DNA from: Candidatus Saccharimonadota bacterium
Lineage (GTDB): Bacteria; Patescibacteriota; Saccharimonadia; CAILAD01; GCA-016700035
Direction of reading: 5' to 3'
DNA length: 64,000 nt
Assembly (NCBI GenBank): GCA_046350755.1
Contig: JAXLZV010000001.1
Coordinates: 270,855-334,854 of the forward strand
The notes under the pieces are model-generated. The model saw only the letters and a program-made list of their open reading frames with translations. It had not been told where the DNA came from and made no database searches. The translations under genes and the position numbers were made by a program. Positions 9,326 to 17,484 of this stretch are shown one piece after another (positions within the stretch are counted from its first letter, which is position 1; the number at the start of each line of letters is the position of its first letter).

Positions 9326-10141
9326 ATGCACTCATTTTTACATGGAAAAACCATAATTCAATCTCAAAGAGAGCCAAAGTCGAACCATCGACACAGATAT
9401 ATGACTACTCAATTCAGTCCTGATTATTCCCACGCAGTCGACCAGCTTGCTACTTCCCAGCTGGCGGAGCAAGATTACGCTACCCTTTTACAGCAGTCCA
9501 AAAGTATCGCTCGCAGACTAGATGTCCCTCAGTCGCTTCAGGAGACAGTCTTCCAGCTCCTCGCCCAGCTCCATCAGCACGACCAAAAAACCGCCAAAGA
9601 GTGCTTGCAGGCTCTCCCGCTGGCCCTCAAAGTTGCTCAAATCTACAGTCAATTCTACTCGCAGCCCGTGAACCTCAGCTACGTTTGGTCAGCGGCTATC
9701 CTGCACGATATCGGCAAAACTCACATACCTCAGTCGTTGATCACCAAAAGTAATCGTGGCCTTGAGTGGACCGACGCCGACCGAGAGCAGATGATGCATC
9801 ATGTTCAAGCTGGCTATACTATCGCACGAGCTCATCATCTACCTACTCCGGTCTGTCGAGCCATTGCCGAACACCATCATAAACAGCTAGGCGTCTCATA
9901 CGGCATGAATCCCCAGCTCAATGATATCGAACGCATCATCCGCGACAGTATCGCCATCGCCGACTTTACCGACGCCGACCTGAACCGTACCAATTGCCGT
10001 AATGCCACCAAGAACCGCCAGCAACGACTGGCAGAAATCATTGATGATATTATCTTTGTTTTTAATGACTATACGTATGGAAACCTATTGGCTCAGCTGA
10101 CTTTCCAGCAGCTGGCGCAGCCAGCCTACGCTTTTCGCTAG
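9326..10141 (+). CDS. HD-domain (HDIG) metal-dependent phosphohydrolase
   Basis: AAILHDIGKTHIP (HDIG) and downstream His/Asp residues (HHVQAGYTIARAHHLP). The ORF track starts at TTG 9302; I chose the first ATG (9326). 9401 is another option. Confidence 0.55.
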   Translation: MHSFLHGKTIIQSQREPKSNHRHRYMTTQFSPDYSHAVDQLATSQLAEQDYATLLQQSKSIARRLDVPQSLQETVFQLLAQLHQHDQKTAKECLQALPLALKVAQIYSQFYSQPVNLSYVWSAAILHDIGKTHIPQSLITKSNRGLEWTDADREQMMHHVQAGYTIARAHHLPTPVCRAIAEHHHKQLGVSYGMNPQLNDIERIIRDSIAIADFTDADLNRTNCRNATKNRQQRLAEIIDDIIFVFNDYTYGNLLAQLTFQQLAQPAYAFR

Positions 10142-10189
10142 ACTGATAGCCATTATCCACTCTGCAGATTTTCGGACTATACTGACAGT

Positions 10190-10882
10190 ATGGGTCCAAT
10201 CGTTCTGCTAGCCATTGTCATCTTCGGCCTGATCATCCTGGGTATTATTGTAGCTTTTAGCCCGACACTGATTCTGACGCAAGTTGCGATCTTAACGCGC
10301 TCAAAGCGGCCAATTCTTGATTCGGCCGCCCTGATAAGCGGTATTTTAGTGCCGATTGTTATTTATGGGGCTCTAGCCTATCTGTTTGTCGACCAAATCA
10401 CGACCTTCCAACTACCGTCACCACGAACTACCATTGCTAGCTTGCCTTTCATCGATGTCCTGGCTGGCGCACTGCTCCTTGTAGCCGGCCTGCGCTTACG
10501 TCGACCCCGCCAAGCTCAGCGTGCAGCGGCTGAGGCCGAACAACCCCACAAACTCATGAGCCCAAAAGCTCTCTTTGCCTTCGGCCTCATTAAGATGGCA
10601 ACCAGCCTGAGTAGTATCGCTGCGATTCTGATTGGCGTGCAGTTTATTGAAAGTTATATTACCGGCAATGTCTGGCAGGCTATGGCTCTGATTGGCTTCA
10701 TGGTGATTTCGATCTTCCCATTTTTGCTGATTGCCTCACTTCAAGCCTACTTCCCACATGTCTTCCAGCGCGTGAAATCCTCATCCGACCGCGTGGCCCA
10801 GCTCGACTGGATCAGTATCCTGAGCTGGATGCTGATTCTGGCCGGTACCGGCTTCGTCGCCTCGGGCTTACTCAATCTCTAA
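10190..10882 (+). CDS. Polytopic membrane protein of unknown function
   Basis: 230 aa, about 6 predicted TM helices; no recognisable catalytic motif. Confidence 0.4.
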   Translation: MGPIVLLAIVIFGLIILGIIVAFSPTLILTQVAILTRSKRPILDSAALISGILVPIVIYGALAYLFVDQITTFQLPSPRTTIASLPFIDVLAGALLLVAGLRLRRPRQAQRAAAEAEQPHKLMSPKALFAFGLIKMATSLSSIAAILIGVQFIESYITGNVWQAMALIGFMVISIFPFLLIASLQAYFPHVFQRVKSSSDRVAQLDWISILSWMLILAGTGFVASGLLNL

Positions 10883-11016
10883 ACCCATACAAGATGATCA
10901 AACAATTAAAAATGGCTGGGATAGTGGGATAGCGACTTCGCCTCCTCCGCTCGCAGCTGCTCGAAACAAGTTTCTGCGCGGTTACGGTTCGAATACCCTC
11001 AAGCGCTAGGCCAATG

Positions 11017-11040
11017 TTAAAACCCAGCTTTCACTGGGCT
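11017..11040 (-). terminator. Rho-independent terminator downstream of tRNA-Gln
   Basis: The minus strand reads AAAGCCCAGTGAAAGCTGGGTTTT: a GC hairpin followed by a U-tract. Confidence 0.6.
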
Positions 11041-11047
11041 TTAACAT

Positions 11048-11122
11048 TGGCTGGGATGGTAGGATTCGAACCTACGATCTCCTGTGCCAGAAACAGGCGC
11101 CTTACCACTTGGCCACATCCCA
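11048..11122 (-). tRNA. tRNA-Gln (anticodon CUG)
   Basis: Reverse complement TGGGATGTGGCCAAGTGGTAAGGCGCCTGTTTCTGGCACAGGAGATCGTAGGTTCGAATCCTACCATCCCAGCCA folds as a 75-nt cloverleaf: 7-bp acceptor stem, anticodon loop UUCUGGC (anticodon CUG), T-loop GGTTCGAATCC, encoded CCA. Confidence 0.85.
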
Positions 11123-11263
11123 ATAGTTATTCAGTTTTTTCAGAGCTCGATTTTTTTCAATTTGTACCGAGAAATTATACCTGATTTAGTGACATTTGAC
11201 CAGGTATTTATCCAAGAGATTGCCCCCGCACAACGCTGTGCGGGGGCTTGTATCATCCGCTCA

Positions 11264-11980
11264 TTAGGCGGCGAGCGTGAGATGCGGTCCCGACTCGAGC
11301 TGGTCGAGAACACCATCGACATATCTGTGCAGCGCTCGATGCCAGATGACCCCCAGGTGCTCAGCCCAACCATCGACTAGCTCGATGCCATGGCTGCGCG
11401 TCAGGCCAGCCCGAATGAGCAAGCGGTGGAGAAAGGCTGGTGCCAGTACGACGTTGTGGGCGCCGGACACCGTCGAGGCGAACCACGGCACCACCAGCTC
11501 GTCCATCACCGAGAAAAGTGAGTAGACGTTATCGGCCGTGAACGACTGATCCTCACGCAGCTCATGCAGATAGCGCGAGTGAGCAGCCATCGTACGAATC
11601 GCCGGCAACCAACTCAGAATCTGACCGAGATTTGCCAGCCGGGTGCCATGAAATGGTGCACCGAAGGCAATCACCGCCACGACCAGCCCAGAGAAATACT
11701 TGCCGTGATGCAGGGCATGCAAGGCACCCTGGCTGTGGCCGACCAAGATATAGCGCCGTTCTGGATTCGGCAGAAACACCTTAGTAGCCAGCTCGTCCGA
11801 AGCATCCTCCAGATGGCCGAGACCAAGCTTGGGAATTGCTAAGATGACAACGTCATAGCCGCGAGCCTCAAAGACTCGTGCCAGCGGCCGGTACACGCAA
11901 GCCGCTAGCTGAGGGCAGAATGTACCCATGTAGATCACAACCGTGGTGTTTTCGAGTGGAGTAGCTGCTGACTCGGACAC
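11264..11980 (-). CDS. Alpha/beta-hydrolase-fold esterase/lipase (GHSQG nucleophile elbow)
   Basis: 238 aa. VGHSQGALHA is GxSxG; the organisation resembles class-2 lipase or PGAP1-like hydrolases. Confidence 0.55.
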   Translation of the reverse strand: MSESAATPLENTTVVIYMGTFCPQLAACVYRPLARVFEARGYDVVILAIPKLGLGHLEDASDELATKVFLPNPERRYILVGHSQGALHALHHGKYFSGLVVAVIAFGAPFHGTRLANLGQILSWLPAIRTMAAHSRYLHELREDQSFTADNVYSLFSVMDELVVPWFASTVSGAHNVVLAPAFLHRLLIRAGLTRSHGIELVDGWAEHLGVIWHRALHRYVDGVLDQLESGPHLTLAA

Positions 11981-12148
11981 GATTCCCCCTTTCCGAGTCT
12001 CGGGTTTGGATTTTGAAGTACGCGCTTGGGTTACACGAAAGCGTTACGGCCATCCTACGCCGGCCCGAACGGAAATACTAGTGCGGTCTAGCTCTCCCAG
12101 ATTGAATCTGGCATAATAAGCCACAGCTTCGACTCTGGAGGAGAAATC

Positions 12149-12988
12149 ATGAGGCTTCGTACCTTCATACGTCAGGCCGCGCGTAGTCGCGTTCGGCCTG
12201 GTACCGCCGTACTTATCGGCCTTGGTGTGTCACAAGTCGCCAATCTCGCCACCACCATCTACTTGCATCGCCAGTTGGCTCATCGTGCCCTCGAGCTCGA
12301 TCCACGGTTGGCGCGCACCTGCGAGCTGATCGTTCGCTGTTCGACCGGCATGGTCCCGCTCGAATGGGCGGCCATCCATCAGCAGCACCACGCCCATACG
12401 GATGAGCCGGGTGATCCCCACTCACCACTCATCGAGGGACTCTATGAGGTGCAAGCCCATAACGTTCGTCTCTATAAGGAAGCCAAGGACACTCCGGATG
12501 TCCAACGACGGCTTCAAGTTTTGACCAAGAACAATCCCGGCCAGCTCGACTGGTTGAGTGGTGGTCGCGGGCTGGCCATCGGTATCGGCACCGCAATCGT
12601 TGTCTTTGGGCCAATTCCAGGCCTGATCATCTCACTGGTCCATTGGCCGGTTTACATCGGCCAGAGTGCCAGCGTGAATGGCGTCGGACACGCCGGCATG
12701 GACGCTGTCACGATGAAGCAGCAGAATCTCCGGTCACGCGTTCTGTGGCGGATAGCTCAGCGCTTCGGTTATCGCAACTTCGACACGCCGGACACGAGCT
12801 GGAACCTGCCGCCCCTCGCCTTTGCCACAGCTGGGGAGGGTTACCATAACAACCACCATGCACAGCCCGAATCACCGACTTTCGCCCTCCAGCCGGGTGA
12901 GCTTGACCTGGGTTGGGTAGTGATCAAGGCGCTGCAGCGACGTCAGCTGGTGACAATTCGCGAGTCGGAGCTCACGAGTCCCAGCTAA
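12149..12988 (+). CDS. Membrane fatty-acid (acyl-CoA/acyl-lipid) desaturase family protein
   Basis: Three His boxes: HRQLAH (HxxxxH), HQQHHAHTD (HxxHH) and HNNHHAQP (HxxHH), with hydrophobic segments between them. This is the classic di-iron membrane desaturase arrangement. Confidence 0.65.
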   Translation: MRLRTFIRQAARSRVRPGTAVLIGLGVSQVANLATTIYLHRQLAHRALELDPRLARTCELIVRCSTGMVPLEWAAIHQQHHAHTDEPGDPHSPLIEGLYEVQAHNVRLYKEAKDTPDVQRRLQVLTKNNPGQLDWLSGGRGLAIGIGTAIVVFGPIPGLIISLVHWPVYIGQSASVNGVGHAGMDAVTMKQQNLRSRVLWRIAQRFGYRNFDTPDTSWNLPPLAFATAGEGYHNNHHAQPESPTFALQPGELDLGWVVIKALQRRQLVTIRESELTSPS

Positions 12989-13083
12989 ACCATTGGGGAT
13001 TTCGATACGTCGAGATCCCCAAATTTTTTACTTTATAAATTGCTTGTGCTAGTATCAAGCCAAGTAACCTAATAGGTCTTATA

Positions 13084-14229
13084 ATGCCCAAGAAAAAGAA
13101 AACTCTAACAAAATCATCACGCACTCCACAGTCAAAAACTGGTAGCCTTAAGTCATTTAAGCTCAAGCCGTGGCATATCCTGACAGGTATCGCCCTGTTT
13201 GTCGTTGGTGGGTTTGTGGTGGCTTTTTCGCAAGCGGCAACCCAAACTCAAGGCCGGATAGCTCAAGACAAAGTCCTGATAAGCTTCGAGGATACGAGTC
13301 AGCCAGTGGTACTATCAGCTCCACTCGGGGCTGAGCCAAGTTTTTCGCTCGCCCCACAGACAATTGACGTTACAACCGATGGGACTATCTACTGCCTGCC
13401 TGCTAATGCAACTGAGGGACAAACTGGGCAATTACCCACCGCTAAACTTAAGGACCTCAAAGCCTTTTTAGCCCAACAAGCGCCTATCCAACTACCTGAA
13501 GCGCAAACTGATGCCGTTGTAGCGACTCAGACCGCCAGCTTCCGCACAGCCGACGGCGGGCCACTTCAAACTGTTGTTACTAAAGATGTAACGAATATCA
13601 ATAATTCGCTCGGAAAGCTGAAGAATAGTCTAGAAAAAGCTTGCACAAATGCCAATAAGCCAATGAAGCGAGCTGGTAAGCCCAGCTTTAATCAAAAGCC
13701 AGACGTACCAACTGCATCACCTGAAGCGATTAGTCGGCTGATTATCCCAACCGCACATGCGGCGATTCAAGACCCCTGGACTCAGGCTTTTGACGCCAAG
13801 CTGAAAGCTTTGGTCGGCGAATACCGTGCCCAAAATTCTAAACAGGTTGCCTGGGAACAAACTTGTTTGCTCAATATGTCGCTCTGGTGGTCACAGAGTA
13901 TGGCTGATCGCTACGGTCTACGACACATTTCGACAGTGCAATCGTATACCGATACTGCCGTATTTTTCTGCGCAAACCTCGGTAGCTTTGGCTTCGCCCT
14001 TGGTGAAAATGTTGGTTGGGTACCGCTAGCGGCTAGCTATCCAACTCCTGAGGCTGCGGCTCAAAAATTATTCGACACCTACAAGGCCAGCCCGGAACAT
14101 AATGCCAATATGCTTGATCCGCGCTGGAATCGCTGGGGCACAACCTCAGTTCTGACGAATGACAGGAATAATGTCTACAATACGCAAGAATTCTTGATGA
14201 TTAATTCGAATTATCAAAAGACTAAGTAG
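13084..14229 (+). CDS. Membrane-anchored secreted protein with a C-terminal CAP/SCP (YkwD-like) domain
   Basis: N-terminal basic region plus one TM. The C-terminus has GENVGW and SPEHNANMLDPRWNRWG, matching the bacterial CAP-domain signature SPGHRANILNP..G. Confidence 0.5.
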   Translation: MPKKKKTLTKSSRTPQSKTGSLKSFKLKPWHILTGIALFVVGGFVVAFSQAATQTQGRIAQDKVLISFEDTSQPVVLSAPLGAEPSFSLAPQTIDVTTDGTIYCLPANATEGQTGQLPTAKLKDLKAFLAQQAPIQLPEAQTDAVVATQTASFRTADGGPLQTVVTKDVTNINNSLGKLKNSLEKACTNANKPMKRAGKPSFNQKPDVPTASPEAISRLIIPTAHAAIQDPWTQAFDAKLKALVGEYRAQNSKQVAWEQTCLLNMSLWWSQSMADRYGLRHISTVQSYTDTAVFFCANLGSFGFALGENVGWVPLAASYPTPEAAAQKLFDTYKASPEHNANMLDPRWNRWGTTSVLTNDRNNVYNTQEFLMINSNYQKTK

Positions 14230-15249
14230 CTAAACTATCAGCATCGAATCGCCATAGGACAGGAAGCGATACTCGCCTTTCAAAGCGTGACGATAGCTGA
14301 GAAGTAGCAAATCCTGGCCAGTAAAAGCCGCGGCCAGCTGAATAACTGTGGAGTCTGGCGCGTGAAAATTCGTGAGTAGCACATCGACGAGCTTAAATTT
14401 GTAGCCGGGATGTATAAAGATGTCGGCTTCACCAGTAAGATTCTGCGTTATAGCCTGCTGGATATCCTGAGCCGCATATTCTAACGCCCGAGTGACAGTC
14501 GTGCCAACCGCCACAACTCGTCGACCTTCTAGTTTAGCCTGCTGGATCTCATGACCGGTGGCTACCGGGATGTCATAATACTCCTCATGCATCTTGTGCG
14601 CTGCAACATCGTCAGTCCGAATTGGCAGAAACGTACCGCGTCCGACGTGGAGCGTAAGTGACACGACCTTCACGCCTTTGGCATGGATCTTTTCGAGTAA
14701 CTCTTCGGTGAGATTGAGCGACGCGGTCGGGGCCGCGACCGAGCCGGTATTGGCTGCAAACACTGTCTGGTAACGTTCACGATCGGCCCGACTGGCTGCC
14801 CGCCGAATATAGGGTGGTAGTGGCGTGGCTCCATACTCAATAGCTATCGCCTCCAGCGGTTGCGGGCTCGATACAATCGCCTGTCCGCCGTCAATAATTT
14901 GCGCTACCCGCAGCTCATGCTGACCAATAGTCAGCTTGTCGCCGACCCTCAGTTTGCCGCGATAAACGACCTGGGCTTGCCCGCTTGGCAATGTGTGGGC
15001 GTGACGTTCGGTCAGCATTAATTCGCGCTGCCGACCATCCGGCAGCTTAGCCTTGAGCCGGGCCGGCAAGACTTTAGTTGTATTCAGCACTAGCACATCA
15101 CCGGCGTGTAAATAATCAATCAAATCTGTATACCGTCGATCGGCAAGTTCACCAGTTGCTCGATCAACAACCAGTAAGCGTGATGCGCCACGTTTTTTCG
15201 GCGGCTCCTGAGCAATCCTCTCAGGTGGCAAATCATAGAACTCAGCCAT
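14230..15249 (-). CDS. queA: S-adenosylmethionine:tRNA ribosyltransferase-isomerase QueA
   Basis: Conserved N-terminus FYDLPPERIAQEP...SRLLVV, central and C-terminal QueA blocks. Start at M16 of the ORF (15249) so that it abuts the trmD stop. Confidence 0.85.
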   Translation of the reverse strand: MAEFYDLPPERIAQEPPKKRGASRLLVVDRATGELADRRYTDLIDYLHAGDVLVLNTTKVLPARLKAKLPDGRQRELMLTERHAHTLPSGQAQVVYRGKLRVGDKLTIGQHELRVAQIIDGGQAIVSSPQPLEAIAIEYGATPLPPYIRRAASRADRERYQTVFAANTGSVAAPTASLNLTEELLEKIHAKGVKVVSLTLHVGRGTFLPIRTDDVAAHKMHEEYYDIPVATGHEIQQAKLEGRRVVAVGTTVTRALEYAAQDIQQAITQNLTGEADIFIHPGYKFKLVDVLLTNFHAPDSTVIQLAAAFTGQDLLLLSYRHALKGEYRFLSYGDSMLIV

Positions 15250-15250
15250 A

Positions 15251-15925
15251 CTAAAACTCAGTGAGGTCGGGACGATTTTCGGCAGTTTTTTCAATCGAGC
15301 TCTGACGGCGCCAATCTCGAATCTTGGCGTGATTCCCGCCTAGCAACTCTTCCGGTACTGTCATCCCGCGAAATTCCTGAGGCCGCGTATAGTGTGCGTA
15401 CTCCAGCAGACCCTGAGAGAAGCTTTCATCTTCACTCGACCGGGCATCACCCAGCACTCCCGGTAGCAAGCGCACCACACTGTCGGCGATTGCCATGGCT
15501 GGTATTTCGCCACCGGTCATAACAAAATCACCGAGTGATATTTCTTCATCAACTATCGACAAAATGCGCTCATCAAAGCCCTCGTAGTGACCACAAAGAA
15601 TAATTAGGCCCGACTCGCGAGCCAAGCGCTTCGCATCGACTTGGGCGTACCGCTTACCGCGTGGCGTCATCATCAGCACCTTAGCTGCCGGATTCGATAG
15701 CTTGCACTGCTCGACAGCTGCAAACATTGGCTCTGGCTTTAAGAGCATCCCAGCACCGCCACCGTAGGGTGTATCGTCAACTTGCTGGCGCGGGCCAATG
15801 CCAAAGTCGCGCAAATTCACTACCCGAAACTCGACCGCACCAGCCTCGCGAGCCTTATGCAGCATCGAATGATCAAGCATCTGCTCAAACACTTCGGGAA
15901 AGAGAGTGATAATATCGATTTTCAT
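15251..15925 (-). CDS. trmD: tRNA (guanine37-N1)-methyltransferase TrmD
   Basis: MKIDIITLFPE...GGGAGMLLKPEP...ILCGHYEGFDERI are canonical TrmD motifs (SPOUT knot). ATG at 15925. Confidence 0.9.
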   Translation of the reverse strand: MKIDIITLFPEVFEQMLDHSMLHKAREAGAVEFRVVNLRDFGIGPRQQVDDTPYGGGAGMLLKPEPMFAAVEQCKLSNPAAKVLMMTPRGKRYAQVDAKRLARESGLIILCGHYEGFDERILSIVDEEISLGDFVMTGGEIPAMAIADSVVRLLPGVLGDARSSEDESFSQGLLEYAHYTRPQEFRGMTVPEELLGGNHAKIRDWRRQSSIEKTAENRPDLTEF

Positions 15926-15949
15926 AGCATTTAATATCAAGTCATTACA

Positions 15950-15978
15950 TTGACAAATCTGTAAAATTTTAGCATAAT
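15950..15978 (+). promoter_or_regulatory. Near-consensus sigma-70 promoter (TTGACA, 17-bp spacer, CATAAT) driving the + strand ORF at 16014
   Basis: TTGACA at 15950-15955, spacer of 17 nt, CATAAT at 15973-15978; ORF start is 36 nt downstream. Confidence 0.5.
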
Positions 15979-16013
15979 ACGCACATTCTGTCCACGTACC
16001 TAGGAGTCGTTCC

Positions 16014-16319
16014 GTGTCACAGGCCCGCAGTAAGTTCACCCCCGAACAGTCACGCGAATATCGGCGTTGGCTCAAGCACCTGGAGGCCATGGTAGCACTT
16101 GAATACCAACCGACAGGCGAGGCGAAGTGGGTCGTGCGCTGCCCCGCCTGCCAGACACCCAACCGAACTCACCACCCACCAATCGCAAAATACCACGCAG
16201 CCGACTGCCGCTGGCTGCAAGCCTGGCTGACCATTCCCCGACCAGTTCGGGAACAATGTCAACGCAAATGGAATCAACTTTCACCCAGCGAACAACGCGC
16301 CAAGCGTCAGCTACCATAA
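16014..16319 (+). CDS. Small Cys-containing (zinc-ribbon-like) hypothetical protein on the strand opposite the rpsP-trmD operon
   Basis: 101 aa; CPACQ plus a downstream Cys/His. Consensus promoter upstream. Locally higher GC than neighbours. Occupies the position where rimM is normally found. Confidence 0.4.
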   Translation: MSQARSKFTPEQSREYRRWLKHLEAMVALEYQPTGEAKWVVRCPACQTPNRTHHPPIAKYHAADCRWLQAWLTIPRPVREQCQRKWNQLSPSEQRAKRQLP

Positions 16320-16379
16320 TCTCCGCCGGTCCTACTTTTATAGGACCGGCCTCCTTTATTTTTATTGCGCGTCGCTGTA

Positions 16380-16796
16380 CTAGAGATCCATATCGAGGTC
16401 ATCAAGCCCCTCGCGAGCCTTGGCTTTGATCGCCTCGACGTCTTCATCGGGTTTGGACGAGGTCGAGGCTTCAGGCTCATCGACGGCTTCAGCATCGGCC
16501 ACAGCTTTTGGCTCAGGGGGAGTGACTGGCGAGCTACCATCTTCCTCACCTTCAACATCGACTATCTTCAGATTATACCGAGCGTCATCCTTGGCGCCGA
16601 GAACGCGTAAGAGAGTCCGAATCGCCTTCGCGGTGGCGCCACCTTTGCCGATAATCTTACCCATATCTTCTTGGTTTACTGTCAGCTTTAGTAAAACGCC
16701 CCGCTCATCAACAGTGCGCTCTATCACAACTTCATCTGGGTGATCGACAATATTTTTTACGACATACTCTATGAATTGCTGATCATGTTCGGCCAT
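16380..16796 (-). CDS. KH-domain RNA-binding protein (KhpA/YlqC-like) with an acidic C-terminal extension
   Basis: VKNIVDHPDEVVIE...LKLTVNQEDMGKIIGKGGATAKAIRTLL is a type-II KH fold with a GKGG-like loop. Located downstream of rpsP as in the usual rpsP-KH-(rimM)-trmD operon. D/E-rich tail. Confidence 0.8.
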   Translation of the reverse strand: MAEHDQQFIEYVVKNIVDHPDEVVIERTVDERGVLLKLTVNQEDMGKIIGKGGATAKAIRTLLRVLGAKDDARYNLKIVDVEGEEDGSSPVTPPEPKAVADAEAVDEPEASTSSKPDEDVEAIKAKAREGLDDLDMDL

Positions 16797-16925
16797 ATCT
16801 GAATCCTCCTAGCGCGGCTGTGTTACTGTAAGTACCGCTTATGCTGCATTGTACAGCCTTACGTCAGATTTGCCAAAACAAAACGCCCCCAGTGAGAGGC
16901 GTTATCATGTGTTGAGATGCTTAGC

Positions 16926-17357
16926 TTAGGCTTCGGCTTGAGTCGCCGCTTCGGCCGCATCGGCGGCAGCTTCTTGAGCTGGCGCATCAGGCGTAGCTTC
17001 GGCTGGTGCGGCGGCTTCGGCCTGATCAGCTGCTTCTTCTGCAACTTCAGCTGTAGCTGCTTCTTTCACTTCAGGCTCTTTCTTTGGTGCTCGCTGTTTC
17101 TGGGCAACCTTAGCCCAAGCTGGAAGTTCAATGCCTTCGCGCACCATCAGCTTGAGGACCGTGTTCGATGGCTGAGCACCCTGCCCGACACGACGAGTGA
17201 TTCCCTCTTTGTCCATCACTAAGGTCTTGGTGTGTGGGTCATAGTGGCCGAGAACTTCGACAAACTTACCGGTCGCAGCCCGAGCTTTTTCGGCAGCAAC
17301 GATGCGGTAGGTAGCGTGTTTTGAGCGGCCGGTGCGGGCCAAGCGGATTACGAGCAT
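16926..17357 (-). CDS. rpsP: 30S ribosomal protein S16 (bS16) with an Ala/Glu-rich C-terminal low-complexity tail
   Basis: MLVIRLARTGRSKHATYRIVAAEKARAATGKFVEVLGHYDP is canonical bS16; the ~60-aa AEAAA-rich tail is low complexity. Confidence 0.9.
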   Translation of the reverse strand: MLVIRLARTGRSKHATYRIVAAEKARAATGKFVEVLGHYDPHTKTLVMDKEGITRRVGQGAQPSNTVLKLMVREGIELPAWAKVAQKQRAPKKEPEVKEAATAEVAEEAADQAEAAAPAEATPDAPAQEAAADAAEAATQAEA

Positions 17358-17484
17358 GAAAAATTAACTTCTCTGATTAGTATTAGTATGTCTTGTGACG
17401 CAATACACTGCTTGAATACAGTGCGAATGGACTTTAGTTTACAGGTTTCTGCTCAGATTGTCAACAGATTAGACGTTCAGTATA

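Noticed and set aside
16859-17222. ORFs overlapping the rpsP 3' region (61-aa minus-strand and 101-aa plus-strand)
   Set aside because: They lie within or antisense to the Ala/Glu-rich low-complexity tail of S16 and are repeat-driven frames.
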